DNA of 64,000 nt from positions 18,641-82,640 of the forward strand of contig JAPOWV010000023.1 of NCBI GenBank assembly GCA_026707445.1, read 5' to 3'. The notes under the pieces were generated by a model. That model did no database searches. It was not told the DNA's origin and saw nothing but the letters and a program-made list of their open reading frames with translations. This DNA is from Gammaproteobacteria bacterium (GTDB lineage: Bacteria; Pseudomonadota; Gammaproteobacteria; Steroidobacterales; Foliamicaceae). How positions within the stretch are numbered: position 1 is the stretch's first letter; every line of letters starts with the position of its first letter. Made by a program: the position numbers and the translations under genes. Shown here piece after piece: positions 48,057 through 57,257 of this stretch.

Positions 48057-48464
48057 CTAGTCCTCTTCGGGTATCGGCATCTGCATGCGGCGCCGGATGA
48101 CCAGCGCAATCGCGCCCAGCGCAATGACCAGGATCACGCCGGGTCCAGCCCAGAGCAGCAGCGTATTGGGCGCAAGCCGCGGTCGGTAAAGGGCGAAGTC
48201 GCCATAGCGATCCAGCAGGAACTGCTTGACGTCGTCCTCGCTTGCGCCGTCTTCCACCATGCGGCGCAACTCGCGGCGCATGTCCCTGGCCAGCGGCGCG
48301 TCGGAGTCGGCCAGGTTCTGGTTCTGGCAGACCATGCAGCGCACTTCCTCCAGCAGCTTGCGGTAGAGGCTCTGCTGCTCCGCGGTCTCAAGCGGCGCTT
48401 CCGTATCCACGGCAGCGGCGGTTACCGCCATCAGCACCAGCAGCGCTGCAGCCAGGCTTTTCAT
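48057..48464 (-). CDS. ccmH: Cytochrome c-type biogenesis protein CcmH
   Basis: VRCMVCQNQNLADS (LRCxxCQ) motif; signal peptide; C-terminal TM. Confidence 0.85.
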   Translation of the reverse strand: MKSLAAALLVLMAVTAAAVDTEAPLETAEQQSLYRKLLEEVRCMVCQNQNLADSDAPLARDMRRELRRMVEDGASEDDVKQFLLDRYGDFALYRPRLAPNTLLLWAGPGVILVIALGAIALVIRRRMQMPIPEED

Positions 48465-49006
48465 TGCGAACGACCCTCGAGGACCGGCAGGAACACGTCC
48501 GCGAAAATGGCGCCGTTCAGCGGGCCCACATGCCGGTACCGCACGATGCCATCGGCGTCGATCAGGAAGGTCTCCGGCGCCCCGTAGACGCCCCAGTCGA
48601 TACTGGCGCGCCCGTCGGCATCGACGGCGATGGCCCGGTAGGGATTGCCCCTGAGTTGCAACCATTCCATGGCGTCGGTGTGCCCGTCCTTCCAGTTCAG
48701 ACCGTATATTGGAGCGCCGGCGCGGCCCAGCGCCATCAGGAACTCATGTTCGACGATGCACCCCGAGCACCAGCTTGCCCACACGTTGAGCATCCACGGC
48801 CCTTCCTCGACATCCTGCCGGGAAAATGTCTTGTCGGGGTCCAGCAGCTCCGGCAGCGAGATTTCGGGCGCCGGACGGCCGACAAGCGGCGACGGCACCA
48901 GGCTGGGGTCGCGCCCCAGGCTGACGCCGAAGAAATACACCATCACAAGCAGCACCGCGCACGGCAGCAGCAGGACCCAGCGGATGCGCCTGCGGCCGCC
49001 GCTCAC
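48461..49006 (-). CDS. ccmG: Thiol:disulfide interchange protein DsbE/CcmG
   Basis: WASWCSGC active site and GVYGAPETFLID. Confidence 0.88.
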   Translation of the reverse strand: MSGGRRRIRWVLLLPCAVLLVMVYFFGVSLGRDPSLVPSPLVGRPAPEISLPELLDPDKTFSRQDVEEGPWMLNVWASWCSGCIVEHEFLMALGRAGAPIYGLNWKDGHTDAMEWLQLRGNPYRAIAVDADGRASIDWGVYGAPETFLIDADGIVRYRHVGPLNGAIFADVFLPVLEGRSQ

Positions 49007-50934
49007 GATTCATCCTCTTTCGGCGCAGCCACCCGGTAACGGCGGTCCGAGATCGCCAGCAGACCGCCCAGGCCCATGATCAGCGCGCCCAGCCAGATGA
49101 AGCGCACCAGCGGCTTCACCTGCACCCGCACGCTCCAGGCCTCCTCGCCCAGCGGTTGGCCCAGCGCCACGAACAGGTCGTGGCGCCATCCGGCATCGAT
49201 GCCGGCTTCGGTCATCGGGTTCTGCTGCACTTCGTACACGCGCTCCTGCGGATAGAGCGTCGTCACCGGCCGGCCGTCGCGCGAAACGTTGACAACGCCC
49301 TGCGCGGCCCGGTAATTCGGGCCCTGCACGTCTTCTATGCGATCGAGCTGGAATTCGTATCCGGACACTTCCAGGCTTTCGCCCAGCGCCAGTCTGCGAT
49401 CGGTTTCCACGCCCCAGGCGGAAACCACGACGATGCCCAGCGTGGTGACGCCCAGCCCGCAGTGCGCCACCTGCATGCCCCAGGTTGAACGCCTCGGTTT
49501 CGGGCCGCGCCTGAGCAGCCAGGCCACCGGATCGCGCAGCGCAGAGGCAATCACCCACGCGGCGATCAGGATCCCGATGCCGGTCAATACTCCCGCGAAG
49601 CCGTAAGCCGCGACGGTCAGGATGATTACCGTGAGAATGGCGATCGCGGCCGGCGCCCTGAGCTTTCGTCCCCAGGCGGCGGTATCGGTCGCCTTCCAGG
49701 ACGCGTGCATGCCGGCGCCCACGACCAGCAGCAGCGGCAGCATGGGAAGAATGAAGACCAGGTTGAAATATGGCGGCCCCACCGAGATCTTGCCCAGGTC
49801 CAATGCGTCCAGCGCGAGCGGATAGAGCGTGCCGAACAGCACCAGCACAGTGGCCGCGCTCAGCAGGATCGTGTTGACCAGCAGCGCAGACTCACGCGAC
49901 ACCAGCTTGAATCCCGTCTGGGGGTTGGTGGCCGCGTTTCGGAGCGCGTACAGCAGCAGCGCGCCCCCCATCACGACCGCCAGGAACACCAGGATGAACA
50001 GCCCGCGCGCGGGGTCGCTGGCGAAGGCATGCACCGACACCAGCACGCCCGAGCGGACCAGGAAGGTGCCCAGCAGGCTCAAACCGAAGGCGGCAATCGC
50101 CAGCAGCAGCGTCGTGTTGCCGAAAAGCCCGCGTCGCTCCGTCACGGCCAGCGTGTGAATCAGCGCGGTGCCCGCCAGCCAGGGCATGAACGAAGCGTTC
50201 TCCACCGGGTCCCAGAACCACCATCCACCCCAGCCCAGCTCATAGTAGGCCCACCAGCTACCCAGTGCGATACCCACCGTGAGAAACATCCAGGCCGCGG
50301 TGGTCCACGGACGGGTCCAGCGCGCCCAGCGGCGGTCCAGCCGCCCGCTCAGCAGTGCCGCGATCGCGAAGGCGAAGGGCACGGCCATCCCCACGTAGCC
50401 CATGTAGAGCAAGGGCGGGTGAATCGCCATGGCGGGGTCCTGCAGCAGCGGGTTGAGGTCGGCGCCGTCCACCGCCGCCGGAAAGAGCCTCAGGAAAGGG
50501 TTGGAGGTGAGCAGGATGAACAGCAGAAAGCCGATGCTCACCAGCCCCAGCACGCCGAGTACCCGCGCCCTGAGCACCTGCGGGAGCGTGCGGCTGGCCA
50601 GCGCCACGGCCACCGTCCAACTGCTCAGAATGAGTTGCCAGAGAACCAGCGAACCTTCGTGCGCGCCCCAGATGGCCGCGAAACGGTACATGGCCGGCAG
50701 CTTCAGGTTCGAGTGCTGGGCCACGTACAGGACGCTGAAGTCGTGGCGGAAGAAGCTGACGGCCAGCATCGCGAACGCCAGCGCGACAAACGCGAGCATC
50801 CCCAGGGCGCAGGGCCGCGCCACTTCCATCCAGCGGACATTGCCCGTATGCGCACCCGCCAGCGGAAACACGGCCAGCGCAACCGCCAGGCACAAGGCAA
50901 GCGCCAGGCTGATCTGGCCGATTTCAGGAACCAT
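49003..50934 (-). CDS. ccmF: Cytochrome c heme lyase subunit CcmF
   Basis: WGGWWFWDPVENASFMPW WWD domain; 643 aa polytopic. Confidence 0.92.
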   Translation of the reverse strand: MVPEIGQISLALALCLAVALAVFPLAGAHTGNVRWMEVARPCALGMLAFVALAFAMLAVSFFRHDFSVLYVAQHSNLKLPAMYRFAAIWGAHEGSLVLWQLILSSWTVAVALASRTLPQVLRARVLGVLGLVSIGFLLFILLTSNPFLRLFPAAVDGADLNPLLQDPAMAIHPPLLYMGYVGMAVPFAFAIAALLSGRLDRRWARWTRPWTTAAWMFLTVGIALGSWWAYYELGWGGWWFWDPVENASFMPWLAGTALIHTLAVTERRGLFGNTTLLLAIAAFGLSLLGTFLVRSGVLVSVHAFASDPARGLFILVFLAVVMGGALLLYALRNAATNPQTGFKLVSRESALLVNTILLSAATVLVLFGTLYPLALDALDLGKISVGPPYFNLVFILPMLPLLLVVGAGMHASWKATDTAAWGRKLRAPAAIAILTVIILTVAAYGFAGVLTGIGILIAAWVIASALRDPVAWLLRRGPKPRRSTWGMQVAHCGLGVTTLGIVVVSAWGVETDRRLALGESLEVSGYEFQLDRIEDVQGPNYRAAQGVVNVSRDGRPVTTLYPQERVYEVQQNPMTEAGIDAGWRHDLFVALGQPLGEEAWSVRVQVKPLVRFIWLGALIMGLGGLLAISDRRYRVAAPKEDES

Positions 50935-50961
50935 TACTTCTTGTGCCTGGTATCAGCGGCG

Positions 50962-51408
50962 TCAGCGGAGGGAAGCATCCGGGGGGTGGCCCCGTTCTTC
51001 CAGCATTTCCGCGACTTCCGGCGGCATGTAGTTCTCGTCGTGGCGCGCCAGGACCTCGTCGGCCTCAAACAACCCGTCGGTGCTCACCAAGCCGTGGGCC
51101 ACGACGCCCTGCCCCTCACGGAACAGGTCCGGCAGAATGCCGGCGTAGGCCACGGTAATCGTTTGATCCAGGTCGGTCACGTCGAAACGCACTTCCAGCG
51201 AACCGGGCGTGCGCCGCACGCTCCCCTGTTCGACCAGACCGCCGACCCGCAGGCGCCGCCCTTCCGGCGCCTCGCCCGCGGCGATCTGCGTGGGCGTATA
51301 GAAATACAGCATGTTCTGCTCGAAGGCGGTCAGCACAAGCGCCGTCGCCGCCACCAGGCAGACGAGCCCGCCGGTCATCGCCACCATCCGGCGCCGGCGC
51401 GGCGTCAT
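50962..51408 (-). CDS. ccmE: Heme chaperone CcmE
   Basis: Membrane anchor plus VLARHDENYMPPEV heme-binding His region. Confidence 0.9.
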   Translation of the reverse strand: MTPRRRRMVAMTGGLVCLVAATALVLTAFEQNMLYFYTPTQIAAGEAPEGRRLRVGGLVEQGSVRRTPGSLEVRFDVTDLDQTITVAYAGILPDLFREGQGVVAHGLVSTDGLFEADEVLARHDENYMPPEVAEMLEERGHPPDASLR

Positions 51409-51584
51409 GCGCGCAGCTCCCAGGCGCCCTCTTCCGGTGCGACATTCAGGTGCCTGATGCGCCGGTGAACTCCGCGCAGGCGCCGACGGGCGGTCAGCAG
51501 CAACCCCGCCAGGATCGCAAACGACAGCCCCACACAGGGCCAGACGAACGCGGCGTAGCCGCCCATGGCCAGAAACTCGCTCAT
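51405..51584 (-). CDS. ccmD: Heme exporter protein CcmD
   Basis: 59-aa single-TM peptide MSEFLAMGGYAAFVWP; ATGA-type overlaps with ccmC and ccmE; the longer 223-aa ORF rejected. Confidence 0.7.
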   Translation of the reverse strand: MSEFLAMGGYAAFVWPCVGLSFAILAGLLLTARRRLRGVHRRIRHLNVAPEEGAWELRA

Positions 51585-52330
51585 GCGCCCACCGCCACCA
51601 CGTCGCGCACCCAGCGGGCGCCGCGCTCGCGCAACAGCACTTCCGCCCGTGCCCGGGTCAGCGTGACCGCAAGGGAAAACAGCACCGCTCCCACTATCAT
51701 GACCAGCAGGGGCCAAAGCATATCCCAGGTAATCGCCGGCGCGGCCAGGCGGGAAATGGTCGGTCCCTGGTGCAGGCTGCTCCACCATTCCACCGAGAAC
51801 TTGATGATCGGCAGGTTCACGACGCCCACCACCGCGAGAATGCCGGCGGCGCGGTCGGCGGTCGAACGCTCTTCCAGCGAGGCGTGCAGCAGCATGTAGC
51901 CCAGGTAGAGGAAGAACATCACCAGCACCGAGGTCAGCCGGGCATCGCCCCAGCTCCAGTAAGCGCCCCACATGGGCTTGCCCCAAAGCATGCCGGTGGC
52001 CAGCGCCAGACCCGTAAATGCCAGGCCCACCGGCGCCGTGGCCGCCGAGATGGCGTAGGCGAGCTTCATCCGCCACACCAGCCCGATCGCCGAGCCGATG
52101 GCCATCAGTGCATAGAGCTGCATCGCGAGGTAGGCGGCCGGCACGTGAAAATAGATGATGCGGTAGGCATCGCCCTGCTGGTAGTCCGGCGGCGCGAGCA
52201 GCAACCCGCCGAAAGCCCCGACAGCGATGGCCGCAAGGCCGGACCAGAGCATCCAGGGTTCGATGCGCCCCGCAATCCGGTAGAAATGGGGCGGCGAAGC
52301 CAGCTTGTGCAGCCAGTTGGGAAGTCGCAT
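51581..52330 (-). CDS. ccmC: Heme exporter protein CcmC
   Basis: WWD-type MWGAYWSWGDARLTS motif; 249 aa polytopic. Confidence 0.9.
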   Translation of the reverse strand: MRLPNWLHKLASPPHFYRIAGRIEPWMLWSGLAAIAVGAFGGLLLAPPDYQQGDAYRIIYFHVPAAYLAMQLYALMAIGSAIGLVWRMKLAYAISAATAPVGLAFTGLALATGMLWGKPMWGAYWSWGDARLTSVLVMFFLYLGYMLLHASLEERSTADRAAGILAVVGVVNLPIIKFSVEWWSSLHQGPTISRLAAPAITWDMLWPLLVMIVGAVLFSLAVTLTRARAEVLLRERGARWVRDVVAVGA

Positions 52331-52394
52331 CTTGGTCAGCCGGATGGGATGAGGAGCAGGCGAGGTTCAGCCCCCTATTTTAGCGTGTAGGCCA

Positions 52395-52455
52395 GGAGGG
52401 CGGGACAGGCTGGGTGGGAAGGCGTCTCGCCTTCCCGGAGGGCGGGACGCCTTCC
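52395..52455. repeat. REP-like element in the ccmB-ccmC spacer
   Basis: GGGAAGGCG-TCT-CGCCTTCCC (52416..52436) followed by GGAGGGCGGGACGCCTTCC; partial extra core at 52395..52406. Confidence 0.7.
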
Positions 52456-52461
52456 CCCCAA

Positions 52462-53127
52462 TCAGTTTGCAGTTGCCCGGAGCGCGGCGCCCGCCGCCCA
52501 GGGCAAAAGCCCCACGGCCACAAACAGGAACGCTCCGAGCATCATCAGCGGCGCGCCCGCCGGCAGACCGTCCACGGCCAGTTCCGTTCCGCGCACGCCG
52601 AACAGCAACACCGGCAGTGCCAGCGGCAGGACCAGCAGCGCCAGCAACCCCACGCCGCGGCGCAGCCCCGCGGTCAGGGCGGCGGCCACGGTCGCCAGCA
52701 GGATCAGCGCGGGCGTCCCCAGCGCCAGCGTAGCGGGAAGAACCAGCAATGCCGTTCCCTCCATGCCGTAGCTGGCGGCCAGCAGCGGAGAAAGGAGAAC
52801 CAGCGGCAGCCCGAAAACGCACCAGTTGGCGCCCGCCTTCGCCAGCGCCAGCCAGGCCGGATCGACGGTGCTCAAGAGCATCAGGTCCAGCGTCCCGTCG
52901 TCCCGGTCCGGCTGAAACAACAGCGGCATGGCCAATAGCATCGAGAGAAAAGCCACCACCCAGATCACGCCCGCGCCCCACTGCGCAAGCAGTTCCGGCT
53001 CCAGTCCCGCGACGATCGAAAACAGCGATGTGGAAACAAGAAAAAATCCTATATTTATAATTATATGTATCCACTTCTTAAAGTAGATAATGAATTCTTG
53101 TTCGAGCACTGTCAGCCAGATTCTCAT
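52462..53127 (-). CDS. ccmB: Heme exporter protein CcmB
   Basis: Alignable by eye to E. coli CcmB (GPEPxLLA, LLxTPxLxLL); ATGA overlap with ccmA. Confidence 0.85.
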   Translation of the reverse strand: MRIWLTVLEQEFIIYFKKWIHIIINIGFFLVSTSLFSIVAGLEPELLAQWGAGVIWVVAFLSMLLAMPLLFQPDRDDGTLDLMLLSTVDPAWLALAKAGANWCVFGLPLVLLSPLLAASYGMEGTALLVLPATLALGTPALILLATVAAALTAGLRRGVGLLALLVLPLALPVLLFGVRGTELAVDGLPAGAPLMMLGAFLFVAVGLLPWAAGAALRATAN

Positions 53128-53738
53128 CTGCCTACCCCAAGAAACAATTGCGAGACCGGACCCGGGAAATCCCAATCCACGCGATGACCGGCAAGCACCG
53201 CGCATCCGCCTCCGTCGAGATGCGAGCCAAGTTCCCGCTGCAGCCACTCCCTGCCCTGCGCATCCAGATTGGCGTCCGGCTCGTCCAGCAACCAGAGCGA
53301 TGAATTCGACCCGATCAATCCGGCAAGCGCCAGGCGCCGGCGTTGCCCGTACGACAATTGCGAAGCAGCCCGCTCCTCAAGTCCGCTCAAGCCCGCCTTC
53401 TCAAGCAGTTCGGCTTCCTTTCCCGTCGAGCCGGCCAGCCGCAGCGTGAAGGCCAGGTTCCGGCGCACGCTCAACTCACCCTTGACTCCGTCCTTGTGCC
53501 CCAGCCATCCCAGGTTGCGCAGAAAGCGCGCAGGATCGCTCCGGAACCGGACGCCGTTCAGTTCGACGGTTCCCGTTTCCAGCGGCAGCAGGCCGGCCAG
53601 AGACCGTAACAGGGAGGTCTTGCCGGAACCGTTCGGTCCCTTGAGCAGCAACAGGGAGCCCGGCGCGAGGCTGAAGGACAGTTCGTGGAAGAGGCGCCGT
53701 TCCCCGCGCCAGAGAGTCAGCCCCTTCGCCGCAAGCAT
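53124..53738 (-). CDS. ccmA: Heme ABC exporter ATP-binding protein CcmA
   Basis: Walker A GPNGSGKTSLLR, signature LSYGQRRR, Walker B LWLLDEP. Confidence 0.88.
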   Translation of the reverse strand: MLAAKGLTLWRGERRLFHELSFSLAPGSLLLLKGPNGSGKTSLLRSLAGLLPLETGTVELNGVRFRSDPARFLRNLGWLGHKDGVKGELSVRRNLAFTLRLAGSTGKEAELLEKAGLSGLEERAASQLSYGQRRRLALAGLIGSNSSLWLLDEPDANLDAQGREWLQRELGSHLDGGGCAVLAGHRVDWDFPGPVSQLFLGVGR

Positions 53739-53747
53739 GGTCGCTTT

Positions 53748-54755
53748 CTAGCCGATTCTCACCAGCAGCTTGCCGAAATGCTCGCCCCGGGCGATCGACC
53801 CGATAGCCTCCGGGCCTTCCGGCAGGGAATACTCGCGATCGATCACGGCGGAAATGCCGTGCTTGACCAGGTGTGCGTTCAATGCCCGGTGGTCCTCGCG
53901 GGCGCCCACCGTAATCCCGTGAATGCCGGCGCATTTTCCGATCAGGCCCATGGCGCTCAGTTCGGCGCTGACGCCGCCCAGCGCTCCCAGGACCCCGATC
54001 GATCCGCCAAGTCCCAGGGCCTGCAACGATTGGCCCAGCGTGCCCATGCCGCCGGTCTCCACCACCACGTCCACGCCGCCCCCGGCGCGTTGGAAGGCTT
54101 CCGCGCCCCACTCGGGCGTCTGCGTGTAGTTGATCGTTTCATCTGCGCCCAGAGCGCTGGCGCGCTCCAGCTTCTCGTCGCTCGAGGAGGTGATGACCGC
54201 GGTCGCACCAAAGGCCTTTGCAATCTGCAGGGCGAAGATGGAAACCCCGCCGGTGCCCAGCAGCAGCACCTTCGAATCCGGGCCCAGCGGACCGCCGCAA
54301 TGCAGCGCGGTCCAGGCAGTCACGCCCGCGCAGGCCAGCGACGCCGCCGTTTCCGTGGTCATTTCATCGGGCACCGGCAGCAATGCCGATTCGGGAAACA
54401 CGCCCAATTCGGTGAGCGCCCCCGGCGCCTCGCATCCGGTGGTGCGGGTGCGCACGCCGGGCCGCACCGGCTGCGTCTCCCAGTCCTGCCAGAACACCGT
54501 CATGACGCGGTCACCCGGCTGAAATTCCGTGACGCCCTCACCGACGGACTCCACCTCCCCTGCCCCGTCGGACAGCGGTATCAGTGGGTATTCCTTGCCG
54601 CCGCCGTAGATGCCGGCGCAGATCATGAAGTCCCGGTAGTTGATCGCGGCCGCCTGCATCCGCACACGCACCTCGCCCGGCCCGGGCTCCGGCGCCGCGG
54701 CCGAAACAACCTCGAGGTTTTCCAGGCCGGACGCCGTCAACTGCACGCACTGCAT
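53748..54755 (-). CDS. Zinc-type/MDR NAD(P)-dependent alcohol dehydrogenase or quinone oxidoreductase
   Basis: VLLLGTGGVSIFALQIA nucleotide fold; start MQCVQL preceded by AAGGAG RBS. Confidence 0.8.
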   Translation of the reverse strand: MQCVQLTASGLENLEVVSAAAPEPGPGEVRVRMQAAAINYRDFMICAGIYGGGKEYPLIPLSDGAGEVESVGEGVTEFQPGDRVMTVFWQDWETQPVRPGVRTRTTGCEAPGALTELGVFPESALLPVPDEMTTETAASLACAGVTAWTALHCGGPLGPDSKVLLLGTGGVSIFALQIAKAFGATAVITSSSDEKLERASALGADETINYTQTPEWGAEAFQRAGGGVDVVVETGGMGTLGQSLQALGLGGSIGVLGALGGVSAELSAMGLIGKCAGIHGITVGAREDHRALNAHLVKHGISAVIDREYSLPEGPEAIGSIARGEHFGKLLVRIG

Positions 54756-54936
54756 AGTTTCTCCTTCGGAAAGTCCCAAATGAATCGCTGCTGAAGAGCG
54801 GATTTTGCCCTATTCCCTGAATAAAAGGATTTCAATCGCCTCACGGTAACGTCTTGCCGCCGGCACTAGCCAACAGCGCCGATTCTGTATAGCCTTACTG
54901 CACAGGGGATTCGCACATTGACCGGGGAACGGGACC

Positions 54937-56061
54937 ATGCAAAAGCCGACACTGAAGGACGTTTACCGCCCCACCCATGACGAGGCGGCAAGGCACGCAT
55001 TCGTGGGCGCGTTGAAGGGCTACCTGAACGGCCCGCTGGAGGCGCGACTTGCGGGTCACTACGAGGACAGCATCAAACCCGCTTTCGTCGAGGCGCGCGG
55101 GCGCGAACCGGAGAACCGCACCGAGGGAACCGAAGCGTTTCGCGAGGACCACCTTTACCAGCTTTGGGGCAGCTCGGTGTTTACCTCCCAGGACCTGATG
55201 TGGGAGACGGTGGGCGAAACCTGCGATCGGCTGCTTCCGGACTTTGAAGCGCGGCGAGAGGAACTGGCGAATCGGGAACCGCGCGGCCGTCTCGAACTCG
55301 AGGAAGGCTTCGTTCCGCCGGATCCCATCCGCCGAGTGGAAATTCACCGCCAGCCGGGCGGCTATTTCGGGCAATCGGGCGATACCAGCCTGCGCCTGGG
55401 CATGGACTACATGGGCACGGGCGAACTCTATCGCGCCGCCAAGGGCCTGTCCGAAGGCGACGAGGTCGGCGACCCGGGAATGGGCAAATACGTCCTCGGC
55501 GCGCTTGGACGCCGGTTTCCCGATGTCGATCCCGGTTCCGTGCTCGACATGGGCTGCGGCGTCGGCGTCCACACGATTGCCTACAAGCAGGCCTTCCCCG
55601 ATGCGGACGTATGGGGCGTGGACCTGTCCGCGCCTTTCCTCCGGTTCGCCCACGTCTGGGCCGAAGACAAGGGGCTGGGGATCAACTACCGGCAGGCGTG
55701 CGCAAGCGAAACCGGTTTCGCCGACGGGCAGTTCGACCTGATCGTGTCGCACATCATGTTCCACGAAACCTGGCATGACGTGCTGGCCGGCATCATGGCC
55801 GAAGCCCATCGCCTGCTGGCGCCCGGCGGGATCTTCCTGAATGCCGATGTTCCCTATCAACCCGAACGTCTGACGATGACCAAGCAGGTCACCAACCATT
55901 GGCAGGTCGTCAATAACGGCGAACCGTTCTGGACCGGCTTTGCCGATACCGATGTCCGGCAGGCTCTGATCGACGGCGGCTTCGACCCGCAGGACGTCTT
56001 CGCCGAATACGACCCCCTGGGTACGGGCCAGTACTTCATATTCGGCGGGATCAAGTCGTAA
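54937..56061 (+). CDS. Class I SAM-dependent methyltransferase with long N-terminal extension
   Basis: SAM motif VLDMGCGVGVHT and LAPGGIFL; about 190 aa uncharacterised N-terminal region. Confidence 0.7.
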   Translation: MQKPTLKDVYRPTHDEAARHAFVGALKGYLNGPLEARLAGHYEDSIKPAFVEARGREPENRTEGTEAFREDHLYQLWGSSVFTSQDLMWETVGETCDRLLPDFEARREELANREPRGRLELEEGFVPPDPIRRVEIHRQPGGYFGQSGDTSLRLGMDYMGTGELYRAAKGLSEGDEVGDPGMGKYVLGALGRRFPDVDPGSVLDMGCGVGVHTIAYKQAFPDADVWGVDLSAPFLRFAHVWAEDKGLGINYRQACASETGFADGQFDLIVSHIMFHETWHDVLAGIMAEAHRLLAPGGIFLNADVPYQPERLTMTKQVTNHWQVVNNGEPFWTGFADTDVRQALIDGGFDPQDVFAEYDPLGTGQYFIFGGIKS

Positions 56062-56342
56062 TGACGGCCGCCGGCGACGACGCCGCGCGGCCCCACAAGC
56101 TGCCGCGCCCGCGCCAGATCCAGGAGCTGAACCCCGATCAGCTGGTAGCGGTCATCTGGCGGCTGGCGATGGAAATCTGCGTGCTGCGCGACCGGCTCGG
56201 CACGCACGAGGCTCTGCTGGCCGAGCGGGACGTTCTGTCACGAGAGGACATCGAAGCCCATTCGCCCGCGCAGGACGAAACGGCCGCCCGTCTGAAGGCC
56301 CGCACCGAACTGATCGAGAACATCATCAACGACCTGAGCTAG
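56061..56342 (+). CDS. Small hypothetical protein (93 aa)
   Basis: TAATG overlap with methyltransferase stop; helical, charged composition. Confidence 0.45.
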   Translation: MTAAGDDAARPHKLPRPRQIQELNPDQLVAVIWRLAMEICVLRDRLGTHEALLAERDVLSREDIEAHSPAQDETAARLKARTELIENIINDLS

Positions 56343-56368
56343 CCCGAAACGGCCACGAGGAGGAAACC

Positions 56369-57247
56369 ATGTGCAACGACCGAACATTCAGGGAATCCCG
56401 CGAGTATCTGAACAACAAAAACGAGCTGAGCCGGCGCAAATTCAACGCACTTTCGGCCGGGGCCGGGCTTGCGATGCTGCTGCCGCGCGGAGCCGATGCA
56501 CAGGAGGTCACCGAGCAGGATGTCGAGGTCACCACGCCCGACGGCGTTGCGGACTGCTACTTCGTGCATCCCGCATCCGGACGCCATCCCGGTGTCCTCG
56601 TGTGGCCGGACATCCTGGGCCTGCGACCGGCATTCAGGCAGATGGGCCGGCGGCTCGCCGAGTCGGGCTACTCGGTCCTCGTGGTCAATCCCTTCTACCG
56701 CTCGGCGCGCGCACCGGTCGTGCCCGAAGGCGCGACCTTTCAGGACGAGTCCGTCAGGAACACGGTATTTCCGCTCTATCAACAGCTCAGCGCCGAAACT
56801 CACGTCACCGATGCGCGGGCCTTTGTCGATTTCCTTGACGCCCAGGCGGCCGTCGATCCGGACCGCAAGATGGGCACCACCGGTTACTGCATGGGCGGCC
56901 CGATGACGATGCGCACCGCGTGGGCGCGCGCGGACCGTATCGGCGCCGGCGCCTCATTCCACGGCGGCGGGCTCGTGACCGACCGGCCGGACAGCCCTCA
57001 TCTTCTCGTCTCGGAAATGGACGCGCACTACCTGTTCGCCGTCGCCGAGAACGACGACGAAAGCGATCCCGAAGCGAAGAACGTGCTGCGCGAGACCTTC
57101 GCGACCGCCGGACTTCCCGCGGAGATCGAGGTCTATGAGGGGGCGTTGCACGGCTGGTGCCCGCCGGACTCTTCCGTCTACAACGAGGCGCAGGCCGAAC
57201 GGGCCTGGAGCCGGCTGCTCGTCCTGTTCGAGACCGCGCTCGCCTGA
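56369..57247 (+). CDS. Dienelactone hydrolase family protein with Tat-type signal
   Basis: Twin-Arg SRRKFNALSAGAGLAML signal; GYCMGG nucleophile elbow; C-terminal HGW. Confidence 0.8.
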   Translation: MCNDRTFRESREYLNNKNELSRRKFNALSAGAGLAMLLPRGADAQEVTEQDVEVTTPDGVADCYFVHPASGRHPGVLVWPDILGLRPAFRQMGRRLAESGYSVLVVNPFYRSARAPVVPEGATFQDESVRNTVFPLYQQLSAETHVTDARAFVDFLDAQAAVDPDRKMGTTGYCMGGPMTMRTAWARADRIGAGASFHGGGLVTDRPDSPHLLVSEMDAHYLFAVAENDDESDPEAKNVLRETFATAGLPAEIEVYEGALHGWCPPDSSVYNEAQAERAWSRLLVLFETALA

Positions 57248-57257
57248 CGCGGCCCGG

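Noticed and set aside
51405-52076. 223-aa ORF that contains ccmD at its end.
   Set aside because: Only the last 59 codons form a plausible CcmD (single TM, ATGA-type coupling). The upstream part overlaps ccmC in another frame and is Gly/Arg-rich.
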